Assembly (NCBI GenBank): GCA_030141605.1
Contig: JAQGDQ010001492.1
Coordinates: forward strand, 1-38,303
Source of the DNA: Tubiluchus corallicola
Lineage: Eukaryota; Animalia; Priapulida
Reading direction: 5' to 3'
Length of the DNA: 38,303 nucleotides
In this document: positions 26,201-36,878 of the stretch, in pieces
How the letters are laid out: the number at the start of each line of letters is the position of its first letter
Position numbering within the stretch: the first letter of the stretch is position 1
Notes under the pieces: generated by a model
Told to the model about the DNA's origin: nothing
The model's input: the letters and a program-made list of their open reading frames with translations, nothing else
Databases searched by the model: none
Position numbers and translations under genes: made by a program

Positions 26201-28758
26201 TGTTAAATAAACTGTGGCAGTTGAAGCCCATCACCGGTTCGAAAAATATTGAAGCACAAGGAAATTTTGTAGATGAGCTTGAAGTTGTTATAAGAGGCCT
26301 CAGTGCAATGGGACTTAGTACAGAAGAATTAGGTAAAACCCTAAAAGCTCTCTTTCTGTCAAAGAAACAGCTTCCGTATAATTGCCATCTACAGGCTACA
26401 GGCCATCTATCACACGAGCAGCTTCACCTTTAAGTAAGCTCTTTAAGTAAACAAGTTAATGAACATCTGGTACAGGTTTAGCATCCACAGAGGCAACGAA
26501 CACACATGTTCAGTATCGTTTTTATTGTTTGAAATAATTTATCGTATCACCTGAAAAAAATTATTGTAATTCTTCATTACCGGATCGCCGAATGTGTATC
26601 GGCTAACATCCGTACTCTGAGCACCTTGTAATGAGTGATGCTGTGGAATTGGTAATTGCCTGTCCTGTACGTCTATGTTTGATTAGTGATCGTGTTACCA
26701 TTATCAAATACGTAATACAATAAGTAGTTTATTAATTTCTTTTTATGTGCTGCACAGTATTGAAATGCTGCATCTTTTCATGTCTTTTATGGAATTTTAT
26801 TATTTTATCATCTAAACTAACGTGAAGTAATCAGTGATTTGTGTTTTTTTTTCAGAAACATGCGTGTTTGCGTATTTAGGCATGGCTATTTTCAGCTTTC
26901 CTCACGTATTAAAGCCGTCACTGGTCATATGGTGCATAGTATGTTTCGTTTTCTTCTCTTTTCACTTCTTTCAGCTCTTTTAATTGTAATTAATGCATAA
27001 ATATCGTGTAACACTTTGCTTACAGTTTAGTCAAGTTTGTGCCAGCGATTGTTTATTGTTTATTATTGTTTATTTATTTCACATCAACACAAACACACAA
27101 TTAATACATTAAAAGAAACAAAGAGTTATTAATAATTCAATGAATGACAAACAGTAAGATACATAATAGGAAGCAAATTTTGGAAAAATGATTTAAACTG
27201 TCTTTAGACGTAAGTCAACCTATGGTAAACAAAGATAGTGATATCGCTACTTTCTTTAATACTGGTGTCTAAACAACGTTATGTACAGCATCATTACAAA
27301 TATACTAACTTGACTTTCAAAATACTGTGGGGTTGAAAGATAAACAAGAGAATTATCGCTGTTGTGTGTTGCTTAGTAAATTCGTATACAGTTTACATTG
27401 AGGTTAGAAGGTTGAAAATTTATTTTCTGCCTAGTGGGAAATGAAGTTGCTAAATTTGGATGGGCATTTTCTATGAATCTCTGTTTTTTTTATGTCTGTG
27501 CGACTGATTTTACATACATTCTTTTTGCACTTAATTTATGTGCACTAAACTGCCAAAAAATTAAACCAGTTTTGAAACAAGAATGTTTCATAGACAGCAG
27601 GAAATTTCCTGCGGAACATTGCTGCATCCACGGCTTTAGTGTTTTGTTGTGTCGTCCAACATGGACAGTGTGTGGCAAGACTGGGTACTTGGGCCCCACT
27701 CTTGCAATGGGTCTAGTCAAGAATTGCACTTTTTGTGCTGCAGTAATTGTAACTCCTGCATATTTCCTATAGTATAAATACAACTGATCACTCAATCATG
27801 ATTCGTTGTTTTTCATTTTCTAAAACTTCTCCTCTAGTATAATAATGTTTTATTACTTCCCACCTGTATATTTATATCTGCAATGCACACTTCCATATAG
27901 TCTAATCAAGTGCTGCCTCCTCCACAGATGCTTAGCGAATGTGTTAAAGCATTTATCATTTTTCTGTACCGACCATCAGTTTACATGGTAATCATGAAAA
28001 TTAATACAACTAATGCTCACTGTAACTCACACTAACCATTAGTAATATATTGTAATTTTTCTCGTAACTAATTCTAGTGGCCTAGCATAAGCTAGCTTCT
28101 TAGGTCTCTAGCTCAGAATTCATGAATTGTATCGTAATTTTGTATTAACAAAAACTGATTATCGATGCATATGTATATGTTTATTTCGAAATAAATCTAT
28201 TGAATTGACAATAGTACTAACAATTTATCTGCTGTGCAGCAAATTATGTCTACAAAAAATTCCTCCAAACAGGGCCGGCCTAGGCGAAATTGGAGGCCCT
28301 AGGTGAAGTGAATTTGGTGGCCGCAAATGAAATAGAAAAATAAAAAATAAATACGAAAAACATAAAATTACCGCATTCACAAGAGAGAGAGAGAGAGAGG
28401 GGGGGAGGGAGGGAGAGAGAGAGAGAGAGAGGAGGCAGTATGTTCGCATAAAGCAAAAAAATGTTACCTCGGCGTGAGGCCGTAGGCGGTTGCCTAGTTT
28501 GCCTATGCTTAAGGCCGGCCCTGCTCCAAGTATTGCTTATGATTTCTTTTGAAACTCTTGATTTGATTGAATTTCCTTTTTCTAACGCTGTGAGCGTAAA
28601 ATTTCACAATATACATGTTTCTAGTAAATGTTTTAACGTGTTTCAGGTTTTAGTTCTACTCGGCAGAGCAACTAATGTTTTCCCGCTATCGTGGGTTGTC
28701 AACCGCTTTCGTGAGCATAAGATGACGAATAAAATGCAGTTTGTGATGTGGTTTAGCG
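9373..28758 (+). CDS. SLC9A8: Sodium/hydrogen exchanger 8 (NHE8), 12 coding exons, 3'-incomplete in this window
   Basis: Exons 9373-9548, 12851-12987, 14162-14242, 15844-15902, 17201-17284, 17945-18046, 19470-19648, 21133-21265, 23143-23248, 24532-24648, 26856-26938 and 28647-28758 join in consistent phase (456 codons +1 nt). NHE8 motifs present: [87 protein letters not shown]. Confidence 0.95.
10076..10754. mobile_element. TTAA-flanked non-autonomous DNA transposon (Kolobok-like)
   Basis: TTAA|AGGACAAGAAA ... TTTCTTGTGCT|TTAA inverted ends; single copy in the window. Confidence 0.5.
11800..12283. mobile_element. hAT MITE family H1, second copy
   Basis: Same TIRs, TSD CACTAATG/CACTAATA, colinear with 5493-5897 plus extra internal sequence. 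Confidence 0.9.
12851..12987 (+). CDS. SLC9A8: NHE8 exon 2
   Basis: tttcag acceptor; [19 protein letters not shown]; donor GTAACT. Confidence 0.9.
13424..14138. repeat. 28-bp minisatellite, about 25 units
   Basis: Unit TTCCATTCTTTTCTGATGAATGGTTGA(A/G); ends 23 nt before NHE8 exon 3. Confidence 0.95.
14162..14242 (+). CDS. SLC9A8: NHE8 exon 3
   Basis: [28 protein letters not shown]; AG acceptor, GTGAGT donor. Confidence 0.95.
15090..15351 (-). mobile_element. Dispersed repeat R1 (Helitron-like), copy 2
   Basis: As copy 1. Confidence 0.6.
15690..15790 (-). mobile_element. CR1-like LINE ORF2 C-terminal remnant
   Basis: Minus strand reads [25 protein letters not shown], resembling the CR1 FxNRVVNxWNSLP motif. 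Confidence 0.45.
15844..15902 (+). CDS. SLC9A8: NHE8 exon 4
   Basis: [20 protein letters not shown]; cag acceptor, GTACGT donor. Confidence 0.9.
16062..16373. mobile_element. Tc1/mariner (Tigger-like) MITE, family T1
   Basis: TIRs CAGTC(A/G)ACCCTCGTTAAAC(T/C)GGAC with flanking TA on both sides. Confidence 0.85.
16387..17144. mobile_element. hAT (Blackjack-like) non-autonomous element
   Basis: Ends CAGGGTTGCCAGA / TCTGGCAGCCTTA, TSD TGTAAATT/TGTGAATT. Confidence 0.65.
17201..17284 (+). CDS. SLC9A8: NHE8 exon 5
   Basis: [28 protein letters not shown]; GTGAGT donor. Confidence 0.95.
17945..18046 (+). CDS. SLC9A8: NHE8 exon 6
   Basis: [34 protein letters not shown]. Confidence 0.95.
18318..18702 (+). 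mobile_element. pogo/Tigger deletion derivative keeping the transposase C-terminus
   Basis: TIRs CCGTATTTTCCC(G/A)TGTATAAGAGACCC, TA TSD; encodes [20 protein letters not shown] and, after a frameshift, [18 protein letters not shown]...DE*. Confidence 0.85.
18898..19225 (-). mobile_element. 5S-derived SINE (SINE3 type), 5' part
   Basis: The 5S head runs directly into a GC-rich body whose last 39 nt match 36628-36666. Confidence 0.7.
19106..19225 (-). rRNA. 5S rRNA-derived sequence (diverged copy forming a SINE head; probably not a functional 5S gene)
   Basis: Minus strand GGCCATATCACGTTGAAAACACCGGTTCTCGTCTGATCACCGAAGTTAAGCAATGTTGAGCCTGGTTAGTACTTGGATGGGTGACCGCC...GTAGGCTT, about 120 nt, with box A and box C; no oligo-T terminator follows. 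Confidence 0.9.
19470..19648 (+). CDS. SLC9A8: NHE8 exon 7
   Basis: [59 protein letters not shown]; GTATGA donor. Confidence 0.95.
19787..20236. repeat. (TACA)n microsatellite, about 450 bp
   Basis: Direct reading. Confidence 0.95.
21133..21265 (+). CDS. SLC9A8: NHE8 exon 8
   Basis: [44 protein letters not shown], followed by the U12 donor ATATCCTTT. Confidence 0.9.
21450..21839. mobile_element. hAT MITE family H2 (TTCGAA-rich)
   Basis: TIRs TAGGGGTGAGCAT, TSD CTGATCAG/CTGATCAA; the empty site is visible in the paralogous sequence near 20351-20390. Confidence 0.9.
22695..23061. mobile_element. hAT MITE family H2, inverted second copy
   Basis: Reverse complement of 21450-21839, with its own perfect TSD GTGCTGGT. 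Confidence 0.9.
23143..23248 (+). CDS. SLC9A8: NHE8 exon 9
   Basis: [36 protein letters not shown]; GTAAAG donor. Confidence 0.93.
23755..24278. repeat. 44-bp minisatellite, about 12 units
   Basis: Unit CTAATATAAATAGTAAAAATACCTTTTTTATACACTTCGTCAC(G/A). Confidence 0.95.
24532..24648 (+). CDS. SLC9A8: NHE8 exon 10
   Basis: [39 protein letters not shown]; GTAAGT donor. Confidence 0.95.
25563..25940. repeat. 126-bp tandem repeat, 3 units
   Basis: Unit starts ACGTAAATAAATATATTATG at 25563, 25689, 25815. Confidence 0.9.
25969..26433 (+). mobile_element. Bel/Pao LTR retrotransposon gag fragment (DUF1759-like)
   Basis: [20 protein letters not shown]...[14 protein letters not shown] pattern typical of Bel/Pao gag; no pol or LTRs nearby. 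Confidence 0.75.
26856..26938 (+). CDS. SLC9A8: NHE8 exon 11
   Basis: [28 protein letters not shown]; GTATGT donor. Confidence 0.95.
28270..28523. mobile_element. Small hAT-like MITE with internal (GA)n
   Basis: TIRs CAGGGCCGGCCT; flanks CTCCAAA/CTCCAAG (imperfect, about 7 bp). Confidence 0.75.
28647..28758 (+). CDS. SLC9A8: NHE8 exon 12
   Basis: [38 protein letters not shown]; GTAAGT donor. Confidence 0.95.
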
Positions 28759-29119
28759 GTAAGTCACTTGGCTCGGCCATTTTGCTGTCATTCATTTTAA
28801 TTTTTGGATTTTTTGGGTTGCGTTTGAAGCGTGATTTCATAAAACAAAATTTCGTTCAGTCATTCTCCTTCATATTGTTTATGTAATACAAAGTATAATG
28901 CCATTTATTCATTGGGAGACAAACAATGCATGTTCTAAATTGTCACATAAATTTGGATTCTATGACAACGGTAAAATAACTGCATTGTAAATAACACACT
29001 GATGAATAAATTCATGTCTGTTGATAGTTAATTTGTTACCATCATTTTGGCAGCAAAAAGCAGAGACTATATAGAATGTTTGCACACTAATGATCATCTG
29101 TGGATGGACTGATCAGTGT

Positions 29120-30080
29120 TTGTCATTTCGTGCAATTTCAGCATTGTGCAATTTCATTTTTGCTGATGAAACAAAGATTAAAGGTGAAATATAGATAGAT
29201 TAGTTACATCGCATCTGTTACTAAATTTTATATGTTTTACATGTATGTGCGAGCAAAACGCTACTGTGTCACCTACAGTAACCCAGTAACCTGATGTTTC
29301 ACGTTCTGGACTAGTTACTTATTGTAAACTAAACGCAGCGGTTATGCAGTTTCTGAAAACGCAGCCTACCCTCTGCCCTACTATGGCCACAAGTAACACT
29401 TATTTTTCGCTAGATAAATATTTCAGTGCTTTTCTTGTAAATGAAAAGTCCAGTCCGATAGTGTTATGGGACGACTGTTCCCGTTCCCAGACCTTGACTT
29501 ATTTTAATCATTTCCTGTTTTTTAAGCCCTTACATTGTAGTACATTAGAAGTACATTAGACTTTGTGTGTCAATTTTCATTACTTCATACCAGGTGTTAT
29601 TTTTTCTTTTTTTTCTGAAATCCAGTCCATGTGAGGTAAATATGTCTGCAACAACTTGTTTTGCTCGTGTTCATGCTTGATAAATGCTGTTTTCCCAATA
29701 ATATAATATAATGTAATGTAATGTAATGTAATGTAATGTAATGTAATGTAATGTAGTGTAGTGTAGTGTAGTGTAGTGTAGTGTAGTGTAGTGTAGTGTA
29801 GTGTAGTGTAGTGTAGTGTAGTGTAGTGTAGTGTACTGTACTGTAGTGTAGTGTAGTGTAGTATAATGTAATGTAATGTAATGTAATGTAATGTAATGTA
29901 ATGTAATGTAATGTTATGTTATGTTATGTTATGTTATGTTATATTATATTATATTATATTACATTACATTACATTACATTACATTACATTACATTACATT
30001 ACATTACATTACATTACATTACATTACATTACATTACATTACATTACATTACATTACATTACATTACATTACATTACATT

Positions 30081-30115
<35 letters not shown>

Positions 30116-30462
30116 TATATATGTGACTGTAACATGTTGCCCTATAGCAGCTACAATACAAATTGTGTGGTAATGAAGCGAATCATGTGTAATTTGTTGT
30201 TTAGGTTGATATTAAACACTTCTCTATATTCATATTTGTTTATTTCTTTCAGCTGAATTATAACTATAGTTTACAATAAGTAACTAGTCCAGAACGTGAA
30301 ACGTCAAGTTACTGGGTTACTGTAGGTAACGTAGTAGCGTTTTGCTCGCACATGCATGTAAAATATATAAAATTTTGTAACAGATGTGATGTAACTAATC
30401 TATCTATGTTTCACCTTTAATCTTTGTTTCATCAGCAAAAATGAAATTGCACAAAATGACAA
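29120..30462. repeat. Long inverted repeat, arms 29120-29331 and 30267-30462
   Basis: The arms of about 200 bp are reverse complements with scattered mismatches. Confidence 0.85.
29697..30112. repeat. Compound pentanucleotide microsatellite
   Basis: (TGTAA)n(TGTAG)n(TGTAA)n(TGTTA)n(TATTA)n(CATTA)n then (TA)n. Confidence 0.95.
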
Positions 30463-31233
30463 TGTAATATATAGTGCAATAATTTGCATCAGACAAAACT
30501 AGGTCAGACCGACAACAAGCGATCATTTTGTCATGTGTAAGATAATAAACATTTCCCTGTAAGAGCCAACGTCTAGGAATCAACGTGGTGTTTATTAGCA
30601 CAGATAATCATTTTGACAGCATGTGTCATTTTCAATGCTAGAATCAAGTCAAAACATGTAATCAGTACAATATATGACCGACATACAGATGTTAACATAC
30701 ATCTATTGCAGTTATGCATAAAAACGTTTTGTACAAAAGTTGCCACGTGAATGGTTTGTTTGTATCAGATGAGACTCCTGGCTTGTAATGTCACTTTAAT
30801 GCTTAAAAAGTGTGTTGCTCAAGGATTGTTTTTGCCTAGTAGTTGAATGCAGTAAACCATCAAACTTGCATTAGAACATGGCACCTGTTGTTTGCTTTAT
30901 GTAGAACAGTCTCTCTTCTCTTTGTGTATGTGTGACATGCAGTTTTTACGTTTACACCAACTTGCTCTTTTTTAATGCACACATTAACGTTAAACTGCTA
31001 CATATAAATGTAGGTGTGAAGAACGCTTTCAAGGTCACTTCAAGCACATGAATTACTACAGTGCATTTATTAAGGCATTATAAATATCAATTTAATATTA
31101 CTTCATACTAGAAACTATATAGCCAATATTATTACAAACAAGGCATTTATACATAATCGTACTTCTGCGTGTACTTGCTTTATAGCCCAGACCGCAAAGT
31201 TACAAATTTAAAAGAAATGTTTAACAATAAATG

Positions 31234-31680
31234 TGTGAAAGTCATGTTTGAGGTTGTAGTTGAACACTTTGTAGAAAAAGAATAAAACACTATACTACAT
31301 ATTTGCACAAAACTGAAAAGCGTTTATTAGACAACATACACATATGTAGAATGACTGCTGCACTGAACACTGAGAACTAGTGTCCTGCACTGATCACTGT
31401 GAGTTAGACAGTAAGTAACATGAGTATCACGACTGCTGCACTGAACACTGAGAGTGAGATAGTGACTAGAAAGTAAAATCCAGTCAGTATATATAGGTAT
31501 AGGTGACTATGCATACTTGTACAGGCTTCACAAAAACCATTACTGTAAAATAGGGAGAGATCCAGTGAATATGCATTCACTGGACCGTACAATTATACTG
31601 GTGGTGAGTTTAGCTAGTAAAATGTAAAAGGATTAGTTCATAGATGGCAGCACCTAAAAAATATACAATTACAATTTCCA
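31234..31680. repeat. Dispersed repeat R2, inverted copy
   Basis: Reverse complement of 3322-3814. Confidence 0.8.
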
Positions 31681-32592
31681 CAAAGAGATCAGCAAAAACA
31701 GATGTAGCTTAAACGGTACCATGTCATTAGATTACAGCTTCAAGAAGCTCCAAATATTGTGCTGTAGTCAATAGATCTTGTTCACCTATTCAGCTATTTA
31801 TATGCTTTATGAATAGAAGTTGTCACCCAGAGACTAGTTTGTCTAGAGCTGGCTATACTAGTTTGATTACAGCTGGCTACATTTTATTAGGAGGGTTCAA
31901 ATCAAAGGAGAGAAAATATGGACAAAAAAATTCATCAAAAACGACTTACTGCAATTTTTGAAGATGCTGGATTTTCACCGCTGTTGCTAGATTTAGCTCA
32001 ATTGTGATTTTTTTGTCATTTTAACAATCACATAATAATAAAAATATTTATTTTATATAGCATTTGAATCTATAGACAATACAACTGACAATATTTAAAG
32101 ACGCTTTACAAAGATATCTAAAATCATCATGATGGACTTAAAAAAAGGTTTACAAGATAAAACAGTAATCCTAGTAAATTTCATAAAATTACAATAAGTA
32201 AATACATAAAAAAGTACAAAAAAAGTAAATTCGTAGATACACATAAATAGCAAAAAGGCTAATAATGTGCTGGGTGATCTTCGTTTGCTGTAAACAAGCT
32301 TTTTAATTTTTCTTTGTTTTTGTTTGGTTTAAATTTTGCTATGGACCTGACTTCGTTTTGCTTTGGTTTAGTTTTAGTTTGGCTTGACTTACTGTGGTTA
32401 TCTTAGCTGGATTTTATTTTCCGCTTTGATATATTTATCGTACGTCTTGATTTGCTAATTCTCCGTCTCCATGATGTAACACTTCTCCTACAATCTAATG
32501 TTAATTTACATTGTTAGCAGAAGCACATTGTGTGAACGACTGATCATCATTTATTGTCACCATGCTGTATTTTTGTCGTCAAGCTCATTATA

Positions 32593-33201
32593 CAGTGTTC
32601 CCTCACTTGTCGCGGGTGTTCCATTCCAGACCCACCCGCGATAAGTGAATTTCCGCGAAGTAGGGACACTATACTTATTTTAGTAGTTATACATTATTTT
32701 AAGTCTTTATAAACCCGCCCCAAACTCTTATACATAACCCTTTCCCATTCCCGTAATAACATTTGCCATACTGTACATGTAATTTTTAAAAAGCTTTCCA
32801 TCAATCAACCAATCGTGTGTTGTGTACAATCTCACGTCGGCAAGTAACATCTCAAACGGGCGCAAGTACTACATTTGGTTTTTGGTGTGTATTCATCCGC
32901 CGAATAAATACACTATTTACTTTAAATGGTAATTTTTTATGATTTATAATATTCTTTTAATGTTAGAATTAATATTTTTAATATATTTTACACAGTTTGT
33001 GAGTTTTTATGCAAAATTCATCAAATCTACACATTTCGTACAATACGTACTGAGCATGTGCAAAAATACTTTAGACGGAGCACCGCAAAAACCTGCGAAA
33101 CAGCGGAAATACCGCGATAAATATTGTACATAATTATTTTTGAAAACTCGCGAAACAGCGAGTCCGCGATAAACGAACCGCGAAGTAGCGAGGGAACACT
33201 G
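32593..33201. mobile_element. Tigger-like Tc1/mariner MITE
   Basis: TIRs CAGTGTTCCCTC, TA TSD, subterminal CCGCGA repeats. Confidence 0.85.
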
Positions 33202-33310
33202 TACTTCCATACCAAGTGTAGCAAACAATAATACCTAAGATATCTAACCTACACAATTACAATAGTGAAAAGCTATGTTTTAGTGCAAAACGTTCTAAAA
33301 CTTCTCATTT

Positions 33311-33316
33311 TTTATT
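33311..33316 (-). terminator. Candidate polyadenylation signal of the SLC5 gene
   Basis: AATAAA on the minus strand about 200 nt after the stop codon; hexamer only, in AT-rich DNA. Confidence 0.3.
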
Positions 33317-33513
33317 GAAAGTTATTTAGCAGTCACAAAAAAACATATTTGCTTCCCCTTTGTTATAAACGATGATTTTACTTTATCAGAATCACCTTTT
33401 CGTACAAATTATATAGTGGATTTTTCTATTTTACAAATAGAGTTCTTTGAGTTCTCCTCCGAGTTGTTTAATCACTAACTGCTGAATGGTTGCATGATCT
33501 CAGTTCATTTTCG

Positions 33514-34959
33514 TTAATTAGCTTCATTCAATGGAACTTTTTCTGGCAATTGTCCAGTCTCTATTGTTTTTAGCTCCTGTGGTTCAGGCTGTGCATGGAA
33601 TATCGTTGCTGGCATGCACCAACTCAGTTTAGTGATTGGTGTAAATATCAGTATAGGATCCACCATTTGATTGTTACCCGTCACATAGCTTACTATTGTA
33701 CCTACACTACAGCAAACTATCAAAGCTATTAGCCCATACCAGAAGTGCGAAATCGAGTATATTGTCGTAAGCACACTGTATTCTGGCATGATTGTGCTTG
33801 TTTCATTCGCGAAGACAGTCGTTGCTAACACGACCGAACTTGCAGTTGCATTTTCTGAATAGCATCCCTCCGTGGATAATGGGAGTAGCTCTCTCGGGAA
33901 GGAAGTCATTTGTGCTCCAATCATCAGCCACATGTTCAACATTAGTGAAGTTACTAAACCAGAAATGGCACCCATGGAATTCACCTTAGGAAAGAGGATA
34001 CCCAATGAGAAAAGCCCTAGAAGTGGCCCTCCCACTGCTCCAAATACACTAGACGCCAGACGAATTACAGTTTTATCAACAAACTGACAACACAGAGCGA
34101 GTACGATCGATAAAATTCCGTACCAAAATGCCAGCCACTTTGACAGCCTCGTGGCAGCCGCTTCTTCAATCCTGTGCCCTTTTTTCTTCTGGTGATTGGG
34201 CTTGATGAAGTCCTCTACTGTAACTGCCGAAAGGGAATTTACTCCCGATGATATTGTACTTAGAGCACCGCTGTAACAAGCAGCGACGAATAATCCCGGT
34301 GCCCCGTGCATGAACCCAAGCATTTGCATAGCAAACAGTGGAACCAACTGATCTGATTTTGCTACGTAACCGGCTGTAAGGGGATCGCAGTCCCAGTAAT
34401 GTGCATACATTAACATGGCACACAAAGTTAGTGCAACCACTAGCAGCAGCTTATATGGGAAATTGAGAAGTATGGCGATTTGCGCATGCGTGGGGTGCTT
34501 GATGCTATTATACCTTTGTATCATTGACTGGTTGGCACCATAAAGTGCCAAACTACCAATGCTGCCACCTATAATGGTTGCCCAGAAGCTGTATCTGACT
34601 GTGGGATTTGGATCAAAGTTGAAAAACGACGTCCGATGACCTTGCTTGGCAAGTTCCCACATCTTACTCCCGCCTCCGATGGTAATCAGCGCCCGAATGT
34701 CAATAGCCAGAACTCCGGCAAATAGGATCAGCATCTGTACCGTGTCAGTCCACAGCACCGCTTTCATTCCACCAATTGTTGTGTAAAACGTGCAAACAAC
34801 TCCCGTGGAAATAATCGTCACCCATAGCGAGAGACCAGTGACTTGAGAAAGAGCCAGAGCTGGCGTGTACAACGCAATGGCCATGTACAACAGCGTCATG
34901 AGCATGAACGTTAATGTCCCAAGAAGTCGCGTTGTTCGATTGAATCTCATCTCAAGATA
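33514..34959 (-). CDS. SLC5 symporter coding exon 2
   Basis: 1446-nt uninterrupted frame YLEMRF...PLNEAN*. Confidence 0.93.
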   Translation of the reverse strand, partial: YLEMRFNRTTRLLGTLTFMLMTLLYMAIALYTPALALSQVTGLSLWVTIISTGVVCTFYTTIGGMKAVLWTDTVQMLILFAGVLAIDIRALITIGGGSKMWELAKQGHRTSFFNFDPNPTVRYSFWATIIGGSIGSLALYGANQSMIQRYNSIKHPTHAQIAILLNFPYKLLLVVALTLCAMLMYAHYWDCDPLTAGYVAKSDQLVPLFAMQMLGFMHGAPGLFVAACYSGALSTISSGVNSLSAVTVEDFIKPNHQKKKGHRIEEAAATRLSKWLAFWYGILSIVLALCCQFVDKTVIRLASSVFGAVGGPLLGLFSLGILFPKVNSMGAISGLVTSLMLNMWLMIGAQMTSFPRELLPLSTEGCYSENATASSVVLATTVFANETSTIMPEYSVLTTIYSISHFWYGLIALIVCCSVGTIVSYVTGNNQMVDPILIFTPITKLSWCMPATIFHAQPEPQELKTIETGQLPEKVPLNEAN

Positions 34960-35897
34960 CTAAAAGAATAATGAAGACACTTTAGTAGTATGTACAAAAC
35001 ATGAATAATATTCTGTACACTTTTACTTGAGTATAGAGCAGTAGTATGGTAGTGTAGTAACATCTTTATTTGCCATAATATATTGAGAATCATAACAAAA
35101 TATTAAGATGCTCAGTCAGTGACAGTTAAAAAACTGATGCATCATCATTTCACAGTAATAAAAATAAGACAGCAATACCAGTCTTCAGTTAGCAGTATGT
35201 TCCTATTTCCATTATGAACATTTGCATTGCTATAAAGAAAATTTTTTGATACATTAAGGAGTTATGTTGCCTTTAAGCTAATGTACATTAATGGTTAGCA
35301 AAGAGGAACAAAATTGATTTAAAAGGGCAGAGATTTCTGGCATTTTTAAATAACATTCACTGTATGTTTTATTTTCATTATATGTTTTTTGTTATAGTAT
35401 TTATGTATTTATTTTGCATTTTAGTTATTAGTTATAGTAGTTTACCACTTCTTCACAAGTTGGAAAGATATTTAACATACTATCCTTTATCCGTTAGCAA
35501 TAACAGAGAAACTAATAAAGCAATTTTGAAATAAATCTACCTCGTATGCACTCGTGATGCCTAGGCGATGATACACTGGCAAATAAATATATGCAGCTCC
35601 AGTAAACGAAATTAATCCACTAAATATATAGATACTATATTCGACTCCATACAGGTACATTTCTGCAGGTAAACCAACAACGGCTATTGCCGAGATGAAA
35701 CTTGCGAGTAAGGACAAGCTGACCGGTATTGTGCTCATTCGTTTGTTGCCAACGAAAAATTCTGCAGTCGTTTTTTGCTTGCCGCCGGTGCAAGCGTAGA
35801 AGATGCCTATGCCGGCGCACACGGCCAGAGACAAGGCGAATACTAATGAATCTATCCAAGAAAATGTCAGATCTTCTGAGGACAAGTCGACTGCCAT
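33514..35897 (-). CDS. SLC5 sodium:solute symporter, SMVT/SMCT/NIS clade (SLC5A5/6/8/12-like), two coding exons, about 600 aa
   Basis: Exon 35897-35541 (119 codons, ends TSAYE, donor GTAGAT) and exon 34959-33514 (acceptor TTTTAG, starts YLEMRF). SSF motifs: SLLASFISAI, YTTIGGMKAVLWTD, GANQSMIQRY, PGLFVAACYSGALSTISSGVNSL, GGPLLGLFSLG. Orthology to a single vertebrate member cannot be judged. Confidence 0.93.
35541..35897 (-). CDS. SLC5 symporter coding exon 1
   Basis: MAVDLSSEDLTFSWIDSLVF...LGITSAYE, phase-0 GT donor. Confidence 0.92.
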
Positions 35898-36624
35898 TTC
35901 AACAATACTTTGTAGAACTTATTTAGATGACTCGGTTCTCAGCTACGGATAATTTTTCGCAAGATTTAGGCGCTGCCCACTTGTATAGCAAGAATCAGTG
36001 ACAATGCGGCGAATGTAACAGAACTGCAACACTGGTTCATTGATAATGTGGGCAGTATTTTCACAGTTCTTCTTCAGTTTTGAAATCACTCATTTTATGG
36101 CAGTCGTCTCACACTTTGCTTCTTCATATCTTTACAACCTGTGCACAACGATACTATCCTTCTGTTTATGAATATGCTGCCTATCTAAAGAGTCTTGTTT
36201 ACAACAGCTAGACTTTGTACACGTGCCTGTTTATGGTTGCCAACAAATAATAATCTTACTCTGTATCGGGAGCTTATACAGTACTTTGACACTAGCAGTT
36301 GTGTAGACGTTTTAGTTGTCTCTCATACCACGTCACTACCGTATTGACCGCAGTGATTCTTAATTAAACTCAAATGACATCAACACCACACACAAACAAC
36401 AAAAAATGACAAACGACTGCAAATCATACAGTCTGCAACGGCACACGCATACAAAATTACCACCACAGGAAAAGGGTCATCAGGTAAGCTACTTGCAAAT
36501 TAAACTTTCAGGTGTGAGAGCATCGCTGCAGCTTCATTGTTAAAAGTCTCAATCAGCTCATTGTTTTTAAAGTTGGCTAATTTACTATATTGATGTAAAA
36601 ATTGATGTAATTAATTCCTAATAA

Positions 36625-36878
36625 TTACCTGGTGCCAAACGTATCACTCCGCTTTCCTTTGGACTACACCAGGGAGAAAAAGAGGGGGTTCCTGTGGTCT
36701 GGGCAGCTCAGGATCCCCATACACCTTGCCCAGGCGTGCGCCCTTTAGAGGTCATGCCAGTGGTTCAAGGATCGGACTGCTCAGCCACAGTAGACACTGC
36801 AGCTCCATCAATGTGATCAATAACTGACTCTCTTGGCGCACACTCCATTGTCTTCCGAGACAGAAGGATGCCAACAAC
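36625..36878 (+). mobile_element. 5'-truncated retroposon, 3' part of the same SINE family or of its partner LINE
   Basis: Perfect 12-bp target-site duplication AATTCCTAATAA (36613-36624 and 36879-36890), short (CAA)n tail, and shares CCTGGTGCCAAACGTATC.CTCCGC.TTCCTTTGGACTA with the 5S-headed copy. Confidence 0.8.

Noticed and set aside
27434-27795. Overlapping 101-112 aa ORFs in NHE8 intron 11
   Set aside because: No recognisable motif; NHE8 exons 11 and 12 join without them.
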